A stretch of 64,000 nt of DNA, from positions 178,608-242,607 of the IMG/VR virus record IMGVR_UViG_3300033073_001153; one strand, given 5' to 3'. The notes beneath the pieces are model-generated. The model did not search any database. It was given only the letters and a program-made list of their open reading frames with translations, and was not told the origin of the DNA. Shown here in pieces: positions 52,006 to 61,955 of this stretch. The translations under genes were made by a program, and so were the position numbers. How positions within the stretch are numbered: the stretch's first letter is position 1; each line of letters begins with the position of its first letter. This DNA comes from a virus (lineage: Duplodnaviria; Caudoviricetes).

Positions 52006-52884
52006 TTAGTTAAATTTTGGAATTTTTGGCATGGATGGCATGGAACCACTTGCTCTTTGGCCTTCTTCTTGTCGTTTCATGTCTTGATTATAAAAATTTA
52101 TGAAAATCTTACACTCATTTGGAGTCATTTTCATAAAATTATCACTCGATACATTCAATTTAGACATCATATTGAACTGCAATTCGTAAAATCCCATCAA
52201 ATCATTACCAAATGTACTCTTTAAAAAAGAAAACATAGTCTTATCAAATACTCTTAATGGTATATTTTCTATTCCTAATCTCTCATTACCTTTAATAATG
52301 TTTAATTTTTCTGATAATTCTTGGCAGATATCTACAAAATTTAATATTTCTTGTGAAAGATTTGCTGGTAAATTACTTATTATTGTGTCTTTTTCTTCTT
52401 CTGTCAAGAAGAAAAATTCTATATTTTCGTTTTCTATCTTAACCTCTTTTATTAATTCCTTATAAATTTGATCAATATTTTCCAAATTTAAAGAATTTGG
52501 TATTGACAAAGACAAATAAATGTTATTATAATTAATACTGTTAATTAATTTTATATTTTTTATATTATTAATTAAATTATCTCTTATTGAAGAGATACTT
52601 AAATCTATATTAACATTTTCTTTATTTAACAATCCTAATTTATCTCCAAGTAATACAGATCTTAAATCTAATAATATTAAAAATTTTTCTATATTAGTTA
52701 ATTTACTTATAATTTTTTTATTCTGTACTTTTTCTTTTAATATTTCTTCAAAATAATTTAATAAACCTTCTTCATCATTATTTGTTATGAATTTTAATAT
52801 ATCCAAATAATTACTATTATTTAAATTTTGATATCTTATTTCTTCTTTTAATATAGGAAGAAATAATTTAGAAGAAAACTGCAT
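52006..52884 (-). CDS. gp26-like domain fused to gp51-like C-terminus
   Basis: LPIL..EIRY...EKFLILLDLRS..LG; C-terminal LMGFYELQFNMM...FMKMTPNECKIFI. Confidence 0.55.
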   Translation of the reverse strand: MQFSSKLFLPILKEEIRYQNLNNSNYLDILKFITNNDEEGLLNYFEEILKEKVQNKKIISKLTNIEKFLILLDLRSVLLGDKLGLLNKENVNIDLSISSIRDNLINNIKNIKLINSINYNNIYLSLSIPNSLNLENIDQIYKELIKEVKIENENIEFFFLTEEEKDTIISNLPANLSQEILNFVDICQELSEKLNIIKGNERLGIENIPLRVFDKTMFSFLKSTFGNDLMGFYELQFNMMSKLNVSSDNFMKMTPNECKIFINFYNQDMKRQEEGQRASGSMPSMPKIPKFN

Positions 52885-52908
52885 ATAATACTAAAATAGT
52901 TATTATTA

Positions 52909-54726
52909 TTATCTTGTTCTAGTATTAATGATACGCTTAATAATTACATATTCGATAGGTTCTGGTTCGTAATTATAGTCTTTAAACATGTCTAATACTA
53001 ATTTGTATAATAATTGCTTTACTTCTTGAGTAATTTTTGTTATTTTTATTATTGATAATGTAAGATTAATTAATTCGGTGATAATATTTTCATCTATTTC
53101 ATTATCTTGTAAAATTTTTTCTTTTGAGAATCTTTTGTCATTAGATTTTACTATATTAAATACAGTTTTAATATCTTCTAATTTTTGTGATCTTCTTTGT
53201 CTGGCTTTTATGGGTTCTTTTCTTTTCTTTATTTTAGTTTCTGTATCATTACTGATTCTATTTTTTACTAAATCTATAAATAATGCTTTGTGTTTATTAG
53301 TTAAACCAAAGAATCCGTCTATTGCTGTTGCCCAAAATTCATCTACATTACTCATTCCATAAGCTGACTTATGACTACTTCCTTTTCCACGCCAATTTAT
53401 AGTTTTACTAATATAAGTACGCAAGTCTGCATACTTTGGATCGCTAAGAGATTTTCCTGCTAAATTGTTATATTTTTGAGTAATTAATTGTTTTAATGCA
53501 TATGGCTTTATTAAACTACTTATGCTAATATCTTTTGGTTTAAATTTATTATAAACCCACAAAATTTCATATGATTTGTCTTTATTATTTAAAAAATCTA
53601 ATATATTGTTAGGAGAAAAATTATTAATTATATCAATAACTGATTTTTTTATATAACTGCCATATTCTGATACGACATCTTGAATTACATCATCAGGAAC
53701 CTTTATATATTCGTATGTTTTAATTGTTTGGAAAAAACTAATTATAGAATCTTTGATATTTTTATCAATATCTTCTTCGGAAGGATTATTGTATCCATTT
53801 ATAACTTGTTTAATTGCATCTTTTATACTTTTATAAGACGTTTGTATGATATTATCTAATTTATTTAAATCATTTAATGGTATAACAATTTCGTATCTTC
53901 TTCCTGTATTTGAGTCAAAATATCCGACTAACCATCCAGTATTACCTTTTTCGCAATAAACCGATTGTCCTTCTTTTAAATCATAATTTAAATCATTTTT
54001 TAATTTTCCACGAAATGTTAATGAATGAGGAATTAAATTAACAGTTTTTTCATCTATATCTATTTTTTTTAATAAAGTAGTATTAATTAATTCTCCAATT
54101 CTAACTACATAAGATTTCCAAAAATCTATAATTTTTATACTAAATTTGTTATCATATTCTTTAGAAATTTCGGGACTTTTAATTAAATTTTCTTTAGAAA
54201 GTACTAAATTACTATATAAATCTTCTACTGATTTTTTAAATGCTTTAGAATTTTGAAAAAACCAAAGATGCGCCCATTCATGAACAATTGTATTTGATAT
54301 AACATCTGGATTTGTTCTATAATTATGTATGAAATGCCTCATATCAATAGCCATATAATGCTTATCTGTTCTTGCATATCCAGCCACATCACCACTTACC
54401 CCCGTATTTTGATTCACATTTTTACTAGCATCTACAAATACTAAATTACTATGCATTCTAGTAAATCCTATTTTTCCTAAGCTGCTCTGAGCTTCACGCA
54501 AAATGCTCTTCAAATGATCACCAAAATGCTCTAAAAATTGTTCAACTCCTTCTGAAGTTTTCATTCGTTTAATAACAGTAAATTGCATTAATTCTTGATT
54601 TTCTAAAATAGACTTATCAAAGAAAATGCTAAACATTGGCAAATCCGCCAAATGAATAAAATTCTTATAGCTTTTAACACTACCTTCGAAAAGTAGGTTA
54701 TTAAAAAAGTTCTTAAACGATATCAT
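52909..54726 (-). CDS. Zincin metallopeptidase-like protein
   Basis: IVHEWAH (54268-54282) and distal YGMSNVDEFWA (53329-53361). Confidence 0.6.
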   Translation of the reverse strand: MISFKNFFNNLLFEGSVKSYKNFIHLADLPMFSIFFDKSILENQELMQFTVIKRMKTSEGVEQFLEHFGDHLKSILREAQSSLGKIGFTRMHSNLVFVDASKNVNQNTGVSGDVAGYARTDKHYMAIDMRHFIHNYRTNPDVISNTIVHEWAHLWFFQNSKAFKKSVEDLYSNLVLSKENLIKSPEISKEYDNKFSIKIIDFWKSYVVRIGELINTTLLKKIDIDEKTVNLIPHSLTFRGKLKNDLNYDLKEGQSVYCEKGNTGWLVGYFDSNTGRRYEIVIPLNDLNKLDNIIQTSYKSIKDAIKQVINGYNNPSEEDIDKNIKDSIISFFQTIKTYEYIKVPDDVIQDVVSEYGSYIKKSVIDIINNFSPNNILDFLNNKDKSYEILWVYNKFKPKDISISSLIKPYALKQLITQKYNNLAGKSLSDPKYADLRTYISKTINWRGKGSSHKSAYGMSNVDEFWATAIDGFFGLTNKHKALFIDLVKNRISNDTETKIKKRKEPIKARQRRSQKLEDIKTVFNIVKSNDKRFSKEKILQDNEIDENIITELINLTLSIIKITKITQEVKQLLYKLVLDMFKDYNYEPEPIEYVIIKRIINTRTR

Positions 54727-54758
54727 TATTTGATTATTTAGTATCTAATCAAAAATAT

Positions 54759-55478
54759 TTATCTCGTGGAATACGACGGATCAAGTTGATATGTGTAATT
54801 TTCAAATGCCCATGTTACCGTAGTAGTTGGTGCTTCTGCTGGCTCTGCGTCGTATTTTAATGACTTATCAGAAGTTTCAATAGGTACACATCCTTTGAAA
54901 AAATGCTGTTTTCTTATTGGCTTTAAATTTCTTTCATCTTTTTGTCTCGCCATTTCTTGAATAACAATCGTACATTTAATAGAGTTTTTAACTCCTGTAT
55001 TAATTAAACCTTTATATGAAGCGGCAATTACCCAAGGTTTTATTAAACCATCTACGAAATCTAAGTTTGTATCAAGAAATTCTATTACTAAATTTCTTTC
55101 TCCCATCGAATAGCGGTCTCCACCCACAAATCCCTTCAAATAGCCACCCATCGTGTCAATACCAGCACCATTGACCGAAAATGATTCTTTCGGTAATTTT
55201 ACAGATTGAGCGAAATATAAACCTAATCCATCTAATCTCGGCTGAACATTGTCATCTAATAACCTATCCTGTAAAGATGCAGGAATATAAAATCTATCGG
55301 CATCAACTTGAGTGTATTTTTTTATAATACTAAACAAAGTTCTTGCTCCATTACTATCGTAATCGTCTGGAACTATAGCTAATGCCCATTGAGTAGTTAA
55401 TGGAATATTGTAATTCCAATAACCACCCATCAACTCTAAAAAGTTTTTTACTAAACTATTAGTAGTGACGACTGCCAT
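54759..55478 (-). CDS. Tail tube-like protein (gp54/gp19 paralogue)
   Basis: FAQSVKLPKE...L.IEFLDT...IKPW...F.GCVP...L.YD...VTWAFENY. Confidence 0.7.
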   Translation of the reverse strand: MAVVTTNSLVKNFLELMGGYWNYNIPLTTQWALAIVPDDYDSNGARTLFSIIKKYTQVDADRFYIPASLQDRLLDDNVQPRLDGLGLYFAQSVKLPKESFSVNGAGIDTMGGYLKGFVGGDRYSMGERNLVIEFLDTNLDFVDGLIKPWVIAASYKGLINTGVKNSIKCTIVIQEMARQKDERNLKPIRKQHFFKGCVPIETSDKSLKYDAEPAEAPTTTVTWAFENYTYQLDPSYSTR

Positions 55479-55480
55479 CT

Positions 55481-56071
55481 CTACCTATTTAGAGCAGGAA
55501 CAATATTATTTGATAAAGAAGTGCGATCAAAGAAATGATACGCAATGCTAACATTAAATGATTTAACGGCACCTACACCTTCGGCAATTTCATAAGAAAC
55601 TTCGCCTACGTTACGGATAGAACATCCAATTAAACGATATTGATAAATTGCATCTAAATTTTTGTTTAATTGTAAAAGAGTCATAATTGAATTAGCATTT
55701 GCAATAGATCCACCATTTTGTCCGCTACCAGCAATACCAAATACGTTACCAAATGTTCTTGTTGATTCATTCATCAATAGTTCACGAACTGATGAGGTCT
55801 CTGGACAATACATTTCAATTTCATATGATTCAGAACCGGGAAATTCATGCGCTCCGGGAATATTAAAAGTCTGACCAGCATATTTTACAGTTTGATTAGT
55901 AATATTACGTGCTGGTAATTTTGCAGTTTTTGCATATAAAAGATCTTCTGGTCTTAATACTACACCTTGATCGAAAACAATAGATTCTACACGGAATAAG
56001 AAATCACGGGCGAAATCATTTACTACTGCCCTTGTGAAAAATGAATTAATTGTCTGATTTGGAACGTCCAT
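55481..56071 (-). CDS. gp19: Tail tube protein gp19
   Basis: FARDFLFRV...KTAKLPAR...V.YAG..F.IPG...QL...YRL.G...VGEV.Y...F.V..AYHFF. Confidence 0.85.
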   Translation of the reverse strand: MDVPNQTINSFFTRAVVNDFARDFLFRVESIVFDQGVVLRPEDLLYAKTAKLPARNITNQTVKYAGQTFNIPGAHEFPGSESYEIEMYCPETSSVRELLMNESTRTFGNVFGIAGSGQNGGSIANANSIMTLLQLNKNLDAIYQYRLIGCSIRNVGEVSYEIAEGVGAVKSFNVSIAYHFFDRTSLSNNIVPALNR

Positions 56072-56102
56072 ATGATTATTTATTATTTAGAGTTGAAATT
56101 AT

Positions 56103-57941
56103 TTAAGTTTCATAAACAAATAACATTGTTCCGCAATCCCACACTCTACGATAATCATTATCCATCATGTTTTCTACTTCGGTTTTAGAAGCATCGTAAT
56201 TTTCCAACAGTTTATGCTGTTTGTGCTTTTGTGCAGTAAATCTAGACACTTTCTTTTCTCGTTTTACGTAAAAATAAGAAGGAGGAGTATTATGAATATA
56301 TTCAAAACCTAATTTTCTATATACATTTCCATTGCTGTATCTCAAATCTGCATAAGACAAAACATTATTTGGACTATATTTTTTAATAAAATATTTAAAC
56401 AATTTTGAAGCTCCTCCTAAAATTGTATGATTTTTTAATCCACAAAATCTTACCATTTCCCATTCATATTTTTTATTAAAACGAGGTTTGGAAAATGTCA
56501 TTATACATACAATCTGATTGTTATATTTTAAACCTAATCTAATTTTAGAATTATCCATTCCTTGTAAATGATTATTATTTAAGAAATCATTCTTTTCATT
56601 ATTAGTTAATTCTACTATTTCGCACTTTCTTGCAAATATTTTATTCGTAATTCCTAATTTACTTTTTATAATAGATTTCCAAATATCTCTACTATTCACA
56701 TTTATCCATTCGGTAGAGCATATCTGCAATAAATTGATATCTCTTTCTTTTGCTGCTTTATACTTTTCTATATGATTAAATTTTCCTTTTGATTCTAAAT
56801 GTAAATTATTTATCGGATATTTATTTCCAAACGAATGCCAAACATGACCATTATATTCAATTGCTAATTTTCTTTCTGGTATAAAAATATCCAATTCTTT
56901 TTTAGAATTATCGAATATTCTTTGATTTTCTAAAATTTGATAAGAACATACTTCTTTAACAAAATTTGTTACTGACTTTTCTTCATATGAAATACCAGCA
57001 GGGCAATAACATCCTCGACATATTAAATTCTTCCAATCTCCATCTGCTATATCTCTGTCAAATATACCATCGCATTTATTACATTTCAATTTTACTTTTG
57101 CTTTCGATATTCTTATTAATGGATCTTCATCTAATATCTGAAAACCTTGTTCTTCTAATCTTTGTTTAATTATATTAAAATGATTTCTAGCGAAATTATC
57201 TGATGCTAATTTATATGTGCATCCATTAGTATGACATACTTTATTATATCCCAAAAAGAAATTCTTGAATGAAGTATATTCAGTTTTACATATTTCGCAC
57301 TTTTTACAATTAGTGTTGTTCAAAATATTATATATTCTTTGCGAGAATTTATAGTTGTTATGATCTAATGGAACATCATTAGTTAATTTTATAATATTTT
57401 TTAAAATTGTTTTATTTTCTATGTAATCCGAAGATCTAACAAATCCTCTATATCCCCTTGAATCCGAATTATTGTATTTTTTTATTTTTTCTAGACGTTC
57501 ATTAATGAAATTAATAATTTCTTCGTTAGAAACATCGTTATTTTCTTCTGAATTTAAAAAATTTATAAATTCTTGTTTGCAATTATCTTTATATTTCACT
57601 AAACTTTTTCCATCATTATTTAAACTAGGATTCATTTTTCTAGAACAATTTCTACATGATTTTCTATATCCTTTTATATTAGATAAGAATTGTATATTTT
57701 TCCCACATATACAAATCTTTTTTTCTGTTATGTCGTTTTCTAAACAATAAATTCTTTCCGATAAACCAGATGAAGAATCCAAAAATTGTGTATTATTAAT
57801 TATATACTCTCTTTCTGGACTAATTTTAAAAGATTTTAAAACAAATTTCATTGCAGTAAGCTGCCCATGCTTATCTGTCAAATTTTTATAAATATATTCT
57901 ATTACTTTTTCTTTAGAGAGATTGTTTTCCTTTATAGTCAT
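56103..57941 (-). CDS. Hef-like free-standing homing endonuclease
   Basis: ELDIFIPERKLAIEYNG..WHS nuclease motif; IFARKC...NHLQG...GGASKL...SYADLR...RVWDCG; Cys pairs in the N-terminal half. Confidence 0.8.
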   Translation of the reverse strand: MTIKENNLSKEKVIEYIYKNLTDKHGQLTAMKFVLKSFKISPEREYIINNTQFLDSSSGLSERIYCLENDITEKKICICGKNIQFLSNIKGYRKSCRNCSRKMNPSLNNDGKSLVKYKDNCKQEFINFLNSEENNDVSNEEIINFINERLEKIKKYNNSDSRGYRGFVRSSDYIENKTILKNIIKLTNDVPLDHNNYKFSQRIYNILNNTNCKKCEICKTEYTSFKNFFLGYNKVCHTNGCTYKLASDNFARNHFNIIKQRLEEQGFQILDEDPLIRISKAKVKLKCNKCDGIFDRDIADGDWKNLICRGCYCPAGISYEEKSVTNFVKEVCSYQILENQRIFDNSKKELDIFIPERKLAIEYNGHVWHSFGNKYPINNLHLESKGKFNHIEKYKAAKERDINLLQICSTEWINVNSRDIWKSIIKSKLGITNKIFARKCEIVELTNNEKNDFLNNNHLQGMDNSKIRLGLKYNNQIVCIMTFSKPRFNKKYEWEMVRFCGLKNHTILGGASKLFKYFIKKYSPNNVLSYADLRYSNGNVYRKLGFEYIHNTPPSYFYVKREKKVSRFTAQKHKQHKLLENYDASKTEVENMMDNDYRRVWDCGTMLFVYET

Positions 57942-57946
57942 ATTAG

Positions 57947-57954
57947 TATTTATA
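57947..57954 (-). promoter_or_regulatory. Full T4-type late promoter TATAAATA
   Basis: TATTTATA on the + strand, 5 nt from ATG 57941. Confidence 0.7.
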
Positions 57955-57963
57955 TCATAAATT

Positions 57964-58005
57964 AAAAAAATACGGAAGAATAAACTTCCGTATTTTTATT
58001 TTTTT
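57964..58005 (-). terminator. Intrinsic (possibly bidirectional) terminator after gp18
   Basis: AAAAATACGGAAG-AATAAA-CTTCCGTATTTTT with A/T runs on both sides. Confidence 0.85.
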
Positions 58006-60645
58006 TTATTGACCTATTAATTCACTGAAGTTAGCCCCAGTTGATGTAGCATAGAAGTTCACTAAAATGAATTCTGCTGCACGTACTGGTTTCAAATAAA
58101 TATCTACAACTAGTTCATTTTGATCAATTACTGCTGGAGTATTGTTAACAGAGCTACAAATAATCATATATTCATATAATCCTTGTGTGTTTTTAGCTCT
58201 CTCAAAAATTGGAGTTAATACTGAAACTACACGATTTCTTGTGAATAATGTATTTGGTTCGAATACGAAATATTTAACGGTACGCTTAGTTGCTTTTTCT
58301 AAATATAAGAAAAGACGACGAACATTGATACGATCAAATGCACTTGGTTGACGTAATAGCGTCTTTTGACCGAAAATATTAAATCCATCATTAGGGAAAA
58401 AAGCTACTGGATTACAGCTCACTTTATACAACATATCACGTTCCTTCTGTTTAGGTGTGATAGCAAGTGCTAGAGCATTTGTAACTTTACCACGAATAAA
58501 TCCAGCAGGAGCATACCAAGGCTCAAAATTCTGGTCTACTTGAGCCATATCAGCGGCAGCAAATGGAGAAAATGGAACCCAGATGTTCATTCCAGCAAAT
58601 ATATCATTAATTTTTACCCAGTTACCATAAGTGGTAGCATAACTTGTATTAGCAGTACCAAATAAATGACGAATTGGATTATAGATATATTGTGAAAATG
58701 ATTTAGTAGTATCTGACATCACTAAATTATTAGCACCAGTAACGAAAATCTGACGAAGTGGATCTGCAATGAATAAACAATCTTTTCTTAAATTTTCGCA
58801 GAAGTTTGCAAAAAGTTGGAAAATAGTGTTGTAATTATCACGAACGTTGTGACGATCATCAGTAGGAGGTACTAGGTCATTCTTAGTCATAGCAGAAAGA
58901 CCTTCTACTAATCCTTGTGAAACTTGAGTATCATCGAAAAATCCTGTATGATTTGCACATGCTGTTGCGTAGATAGTTCCTAGACCTGCTTCCACTACTA
59001 AATCTAATGGGAAAACTTCGTCATTTTCTACTTTACGAAGTGTACGATCAATCTTTAATGGAAGAGATCCAATATTTTTTCCATTAGTTGTGAATGTGGA
59101 GAAACAACCAGCAGGAAATAATGCATCAGCATAATCCATCATTGATTCTAAACTAGCTACATCATTAATATGAAAACCAAATTTAGAATAATTACTCTCA
59201 TAAGATTCTTTTAGTGCTTCTACTGAATTATGAGAAAACACACGTACTTGTTTAGTTGGAATACCTTCTGCATTTAACCAAGTTCCGCTATTTTTGCCAT
59301 TGATATAGCTATTAATAAATGTTACTACATTATTTGAAGTGTTTACTACATTTTCCATGTAGAAAGTATTTGCAATACCACCATTTTGGTTATTGATTTG
59401 ACGATAAAAATCAAATGAACCACTACGAGATTCTTCAAATGCAAAATCTAATTTAATTGCATCTGGATTATAAGGACTTGTACGAAGTTTGAATAGTCCG
59501 AAAGAAACTGTATCGTCAAACTTATCACTTGACATATCTGGGAATGAATCAGATACCTTTTCTAAGATTTCAGAAAGGCTTCGTGAATTACGATTATTAC
59601 CAGAATCAGTAGTTGCTGATAGAGGAAATGCTAATTTAGAAGTAGGAACTTCGACATAACCACTTCCTACTACTAATCCACTAGCTGCACTACTACCAGT
59701 TGTATAAATTTTACGAATAGAAGTATGGTCAGTATTAGCTAGTAGGTTTGTATTATCTGCAATACCCACATAATGCCCTTCAAAACGATTATTAATAGTA
59801 GATTGAATTTTATTAACAATAATAAGTCCAGCTTTGCCGAAATCTGCTACACTATTAATATAATTAACATCATCAGAACTAGAAGACCAAGTTGAATTTG
59901 TATTAGTAAATCCAGAACCATCAATAACTGATTGATATTGTGTTACATTAAGATCAAAAAACTTAGGAGCACCTAGAATAAAGGTACAGTTTGATTTGGT
60001 TAAATCATTAGATACAACCGTATCATTAGAAGTAACAAAGAAACTAGTGAGTGCTTGTGTTTGTAATGCAACAGCACTATTAGAAGGAACTGTTATATTA
60101 GCGTTGTAGTAATTAGTTAAACCAGCAACGAAAGCAGCACCTTCTGTAGCAGTATACTTTTCATATCCGGGAATACCATTAGCAGTTAAAGAAACTAATT
60201 GTGCAGATAATGTTGGACTGGCAGAAATTTCATAAACAACAGTGTCTAATTGAAGAAATGATTTATCAATTGGTTTTGTATTACGAGTTACTTGCACACC
60301 AGTAAGTTCAGATACTGTAACTACTGGATAAACAAGTGCTCCGTAACGTGAACCATACCCTTCGCCACCTTCTTCACCATAAGGCATACGACTTACAAAT
60401 AAATTTCCATTAGAACTATTTAAAATTTGACGAGCACCATAGTAAAAATAGCGTTCTGCTGGATTTGTTGGTGTTCCGTATACTTGTTCTAATTCTTGTA
60501 CAGATGTAATTTGAAGAACTTCATCACATGGACCTTTTGTGGCAAAGCCTGTCATGAAAATATTAGTTCCTACTGGTAATATGGGAGATAATGTGAGATC
60601 CTTTTCAAAGATTTCTACTCCGGGTGATTGGATAGTTCTTGCCAT
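58006..60645 (-). CDS. gp18: Tail sheath protein gp18
   Basis: SPGVEIFEKDL, GFATKGP, PWYAPAGFIRG, GQKTL...SAFDRINVRRLFL, FVFEPN, IYLKPVRAAEFI. Confidence 0.97.
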   Translation of the reverse strand: MARTIQSPGVEIFEKDLTLSPILPVGTNIFMTGFATKGPCDEVLQITSVQELEQVYGTPTNPAERYFYYGARQILNSSNGNLFVSRMPYGEEGGEGYGSRYGALVYPVVTVSELTGVQVTRNTKPIDKSFLQLDTVVYEISASPTLSAQLVSLTANGIPGYEKYTATEGAAFVAGLTNYYNANITVPSNSAVALQTQALTSFFVTSNDTVVSNDLTKSNCTFILGAPKFFDLNVTQYQSVIDGSGFTNTNSTWSSSSDDVNYINSVADFGKAGLIIVNKIQSTINNRFEGHYVGIADNTNLLANTDHTSIRKIYTTGSSAASGLVVGSGYVEVPTSKLAFPLSATTDSGNNRNSRSLSEILEKVSDSFPDMSSDKFDDTVSFGLFKLRTSPYNPDAIKLDFAFEESRSGSFDFYRQINNQNGGIANTFYMENVVNTSNNVVTFINSYINGKNSGTWLNAEGIPTKQVRVFSHNSVEALKESYESNYSKFGFHINDVASLESMMDYADALFPAGCFSTFTTNGKNIGSLPLKIDRTLRKVENDEVFPLDLVVEAGLGTIYATACANHTGFFDDTQVSQGLVEGLSAMTKNDLVPPTDDRHNVRDNYNTIFQLFANFCENLRKDCLFIADPLRQIFVTGANNLVMSDTTKSFSQYIYNPIRHLFGTANTSYATTYGNWVKINDIFAGMNIWVPFSPFAAADMAQVDQNFEPWYAPAGFIRGKVTNALALAITPKQKERDMLYKVSCNPVAFFPNDGFNIFGQKTLLRQPSAFDRINVRRLFLYLEKATKRTVKYFVFEPNTLFTRNRVVSVLTPIFERAKNTQGLYEYMIICSSVNNTPAVIDQNELVVDIYLKPVRAAEFILVNFYATSTGANFSELIGQ

Positions 60646-60763
60646 AAAGATATTTAGTATTTTTTAAATTAATTTTTTTAGAGTGGTAGCAAAATTGTCT
60701 CAATACGCCTAAATAGTCATCTATTATATATAAATCATTCTGCATAATTTAGATTTCTCAGAC

Positions 60764-60786
60764 ACAAGGGACTATAAGCTCCTTGT
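60764..60786 (-). ncRNA. Hairpin at the TnpB 3' end, candidate part of the omegaRNA/right end
   Basis: On the - strand, ACAAGG-AGCTTATAGTC-CCTTGT immediately follows the tnpB stop. Confidence 0.4.
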
Positions 60787-60789
60787 TTA

Positions 60790-61950
60790 TTACAACCAAT
60801 AGAACCCTTTTCTATTCAGTTGCTTTAATCGTTCTTGTTTACCAATAGGTTTCAAGTCAAGACTAATATTCTTGGAAGCATTTAAATCCGCATCATCTGT
60901 ATGACCACATGATTTGCATTTAAACTGCTTACCAGTCCTATTACTCTTACGAGTCCATCCACAAGAGAAACATCTTTGGCTTGTATAAGTTGGTGGAATC
61001 TTAACTACTTGGACACCAAGTGAGTCGAGTTTTCTATCCAAACTCTCAAAGAGTTTTCCATAATTCCAATGGGAAAGTATTCTTCTGGTTCTTTTACCTT
61101 TACGAAGATGTTTAATGTTTTCTCTACGAACAGTTGTTACACCATCTAAGTTGATCTGATTAACAACCCAATTAATGTAGTTTGTTCTGTGTAGCTCTGC
61201 ACGTCTGAAGGATTTTGATCCTTTTTTACGTTTGGCTAATTTCTGACAAATTGTTTCATAAGAATGACCATGATTATCTTTTGAAATCTGTTGACCATCT
61301 GAACAAGAAATAGCATCGGTTTGACCTATGTCTATTCCTAATGTAGTGCCAGTTTGTTTTTGTTCTGGTTCTAGCAATTCAAATAAAAATGTTATGTTCT
61401 TCTTAGATAACTGAACAGTTTGCTTGATTTTTCCGTTATTGTTAAGTTTATTAAAATGTTTATGAGATTTGAAAGGAATCTCAATCTTCATCTTATTACC
61501 AAATGAAGACAATATAATCCAACCATCAAATGATGTTTCATTTTCTATAATTATTTTCACAAACCTAGAGTCTAAAACTGGTTCTACTTCATTAATATTT
61601 GGCTTAGAAGACTTTACCTTATTATTAATAGATTCGAGTTTTCTAGCTTGTTTGAACTTACATTCATTATTAAGTTTATTAATCATGAATTGTCTCTTAG
61701 TTTCTTTGGTTTTTGTACCTTTAACAATTGCTGCTGTTTGTTTACCAGCACATTGAATTGCTCTAGCACTTAACCAACTATCTACTTGTGATGTGATTTC
61801 TTTCGGAAGAAGGGTTGGAAACTCTTCCATTTCCCACAAAATATCTATAAATAACCCAACAACTCTACGATATTCCATTAAAAACAAATGTAGATTATCT
61901 AATTTATTCTTGTTGGAAAATTTTAAAGTTGTTTTAGTAGATCTAATCAC
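60790..61950 (-). mobile_element. tnpB: TnpB (IS200/IS605/IS607 OrfB) RNA-guided endonuclease, no adjacent TnpA
   Basis: RuvC-I LGIDIG, RuvC-II RRENI, Zn ribbon YTSQRCFSCG...FKCKSCG, RuvC-III DADLNASKNI. Confidence 0.92.
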
Positions 61951-61955
61951 TACTA

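Noticed and set aside
60790-61950. Cas12f/Cas14 CRISPR effector
   Set aside because: No repeat-spacer array or cas genes nearby; the flanks are short and bounded by gp3 and gp18.
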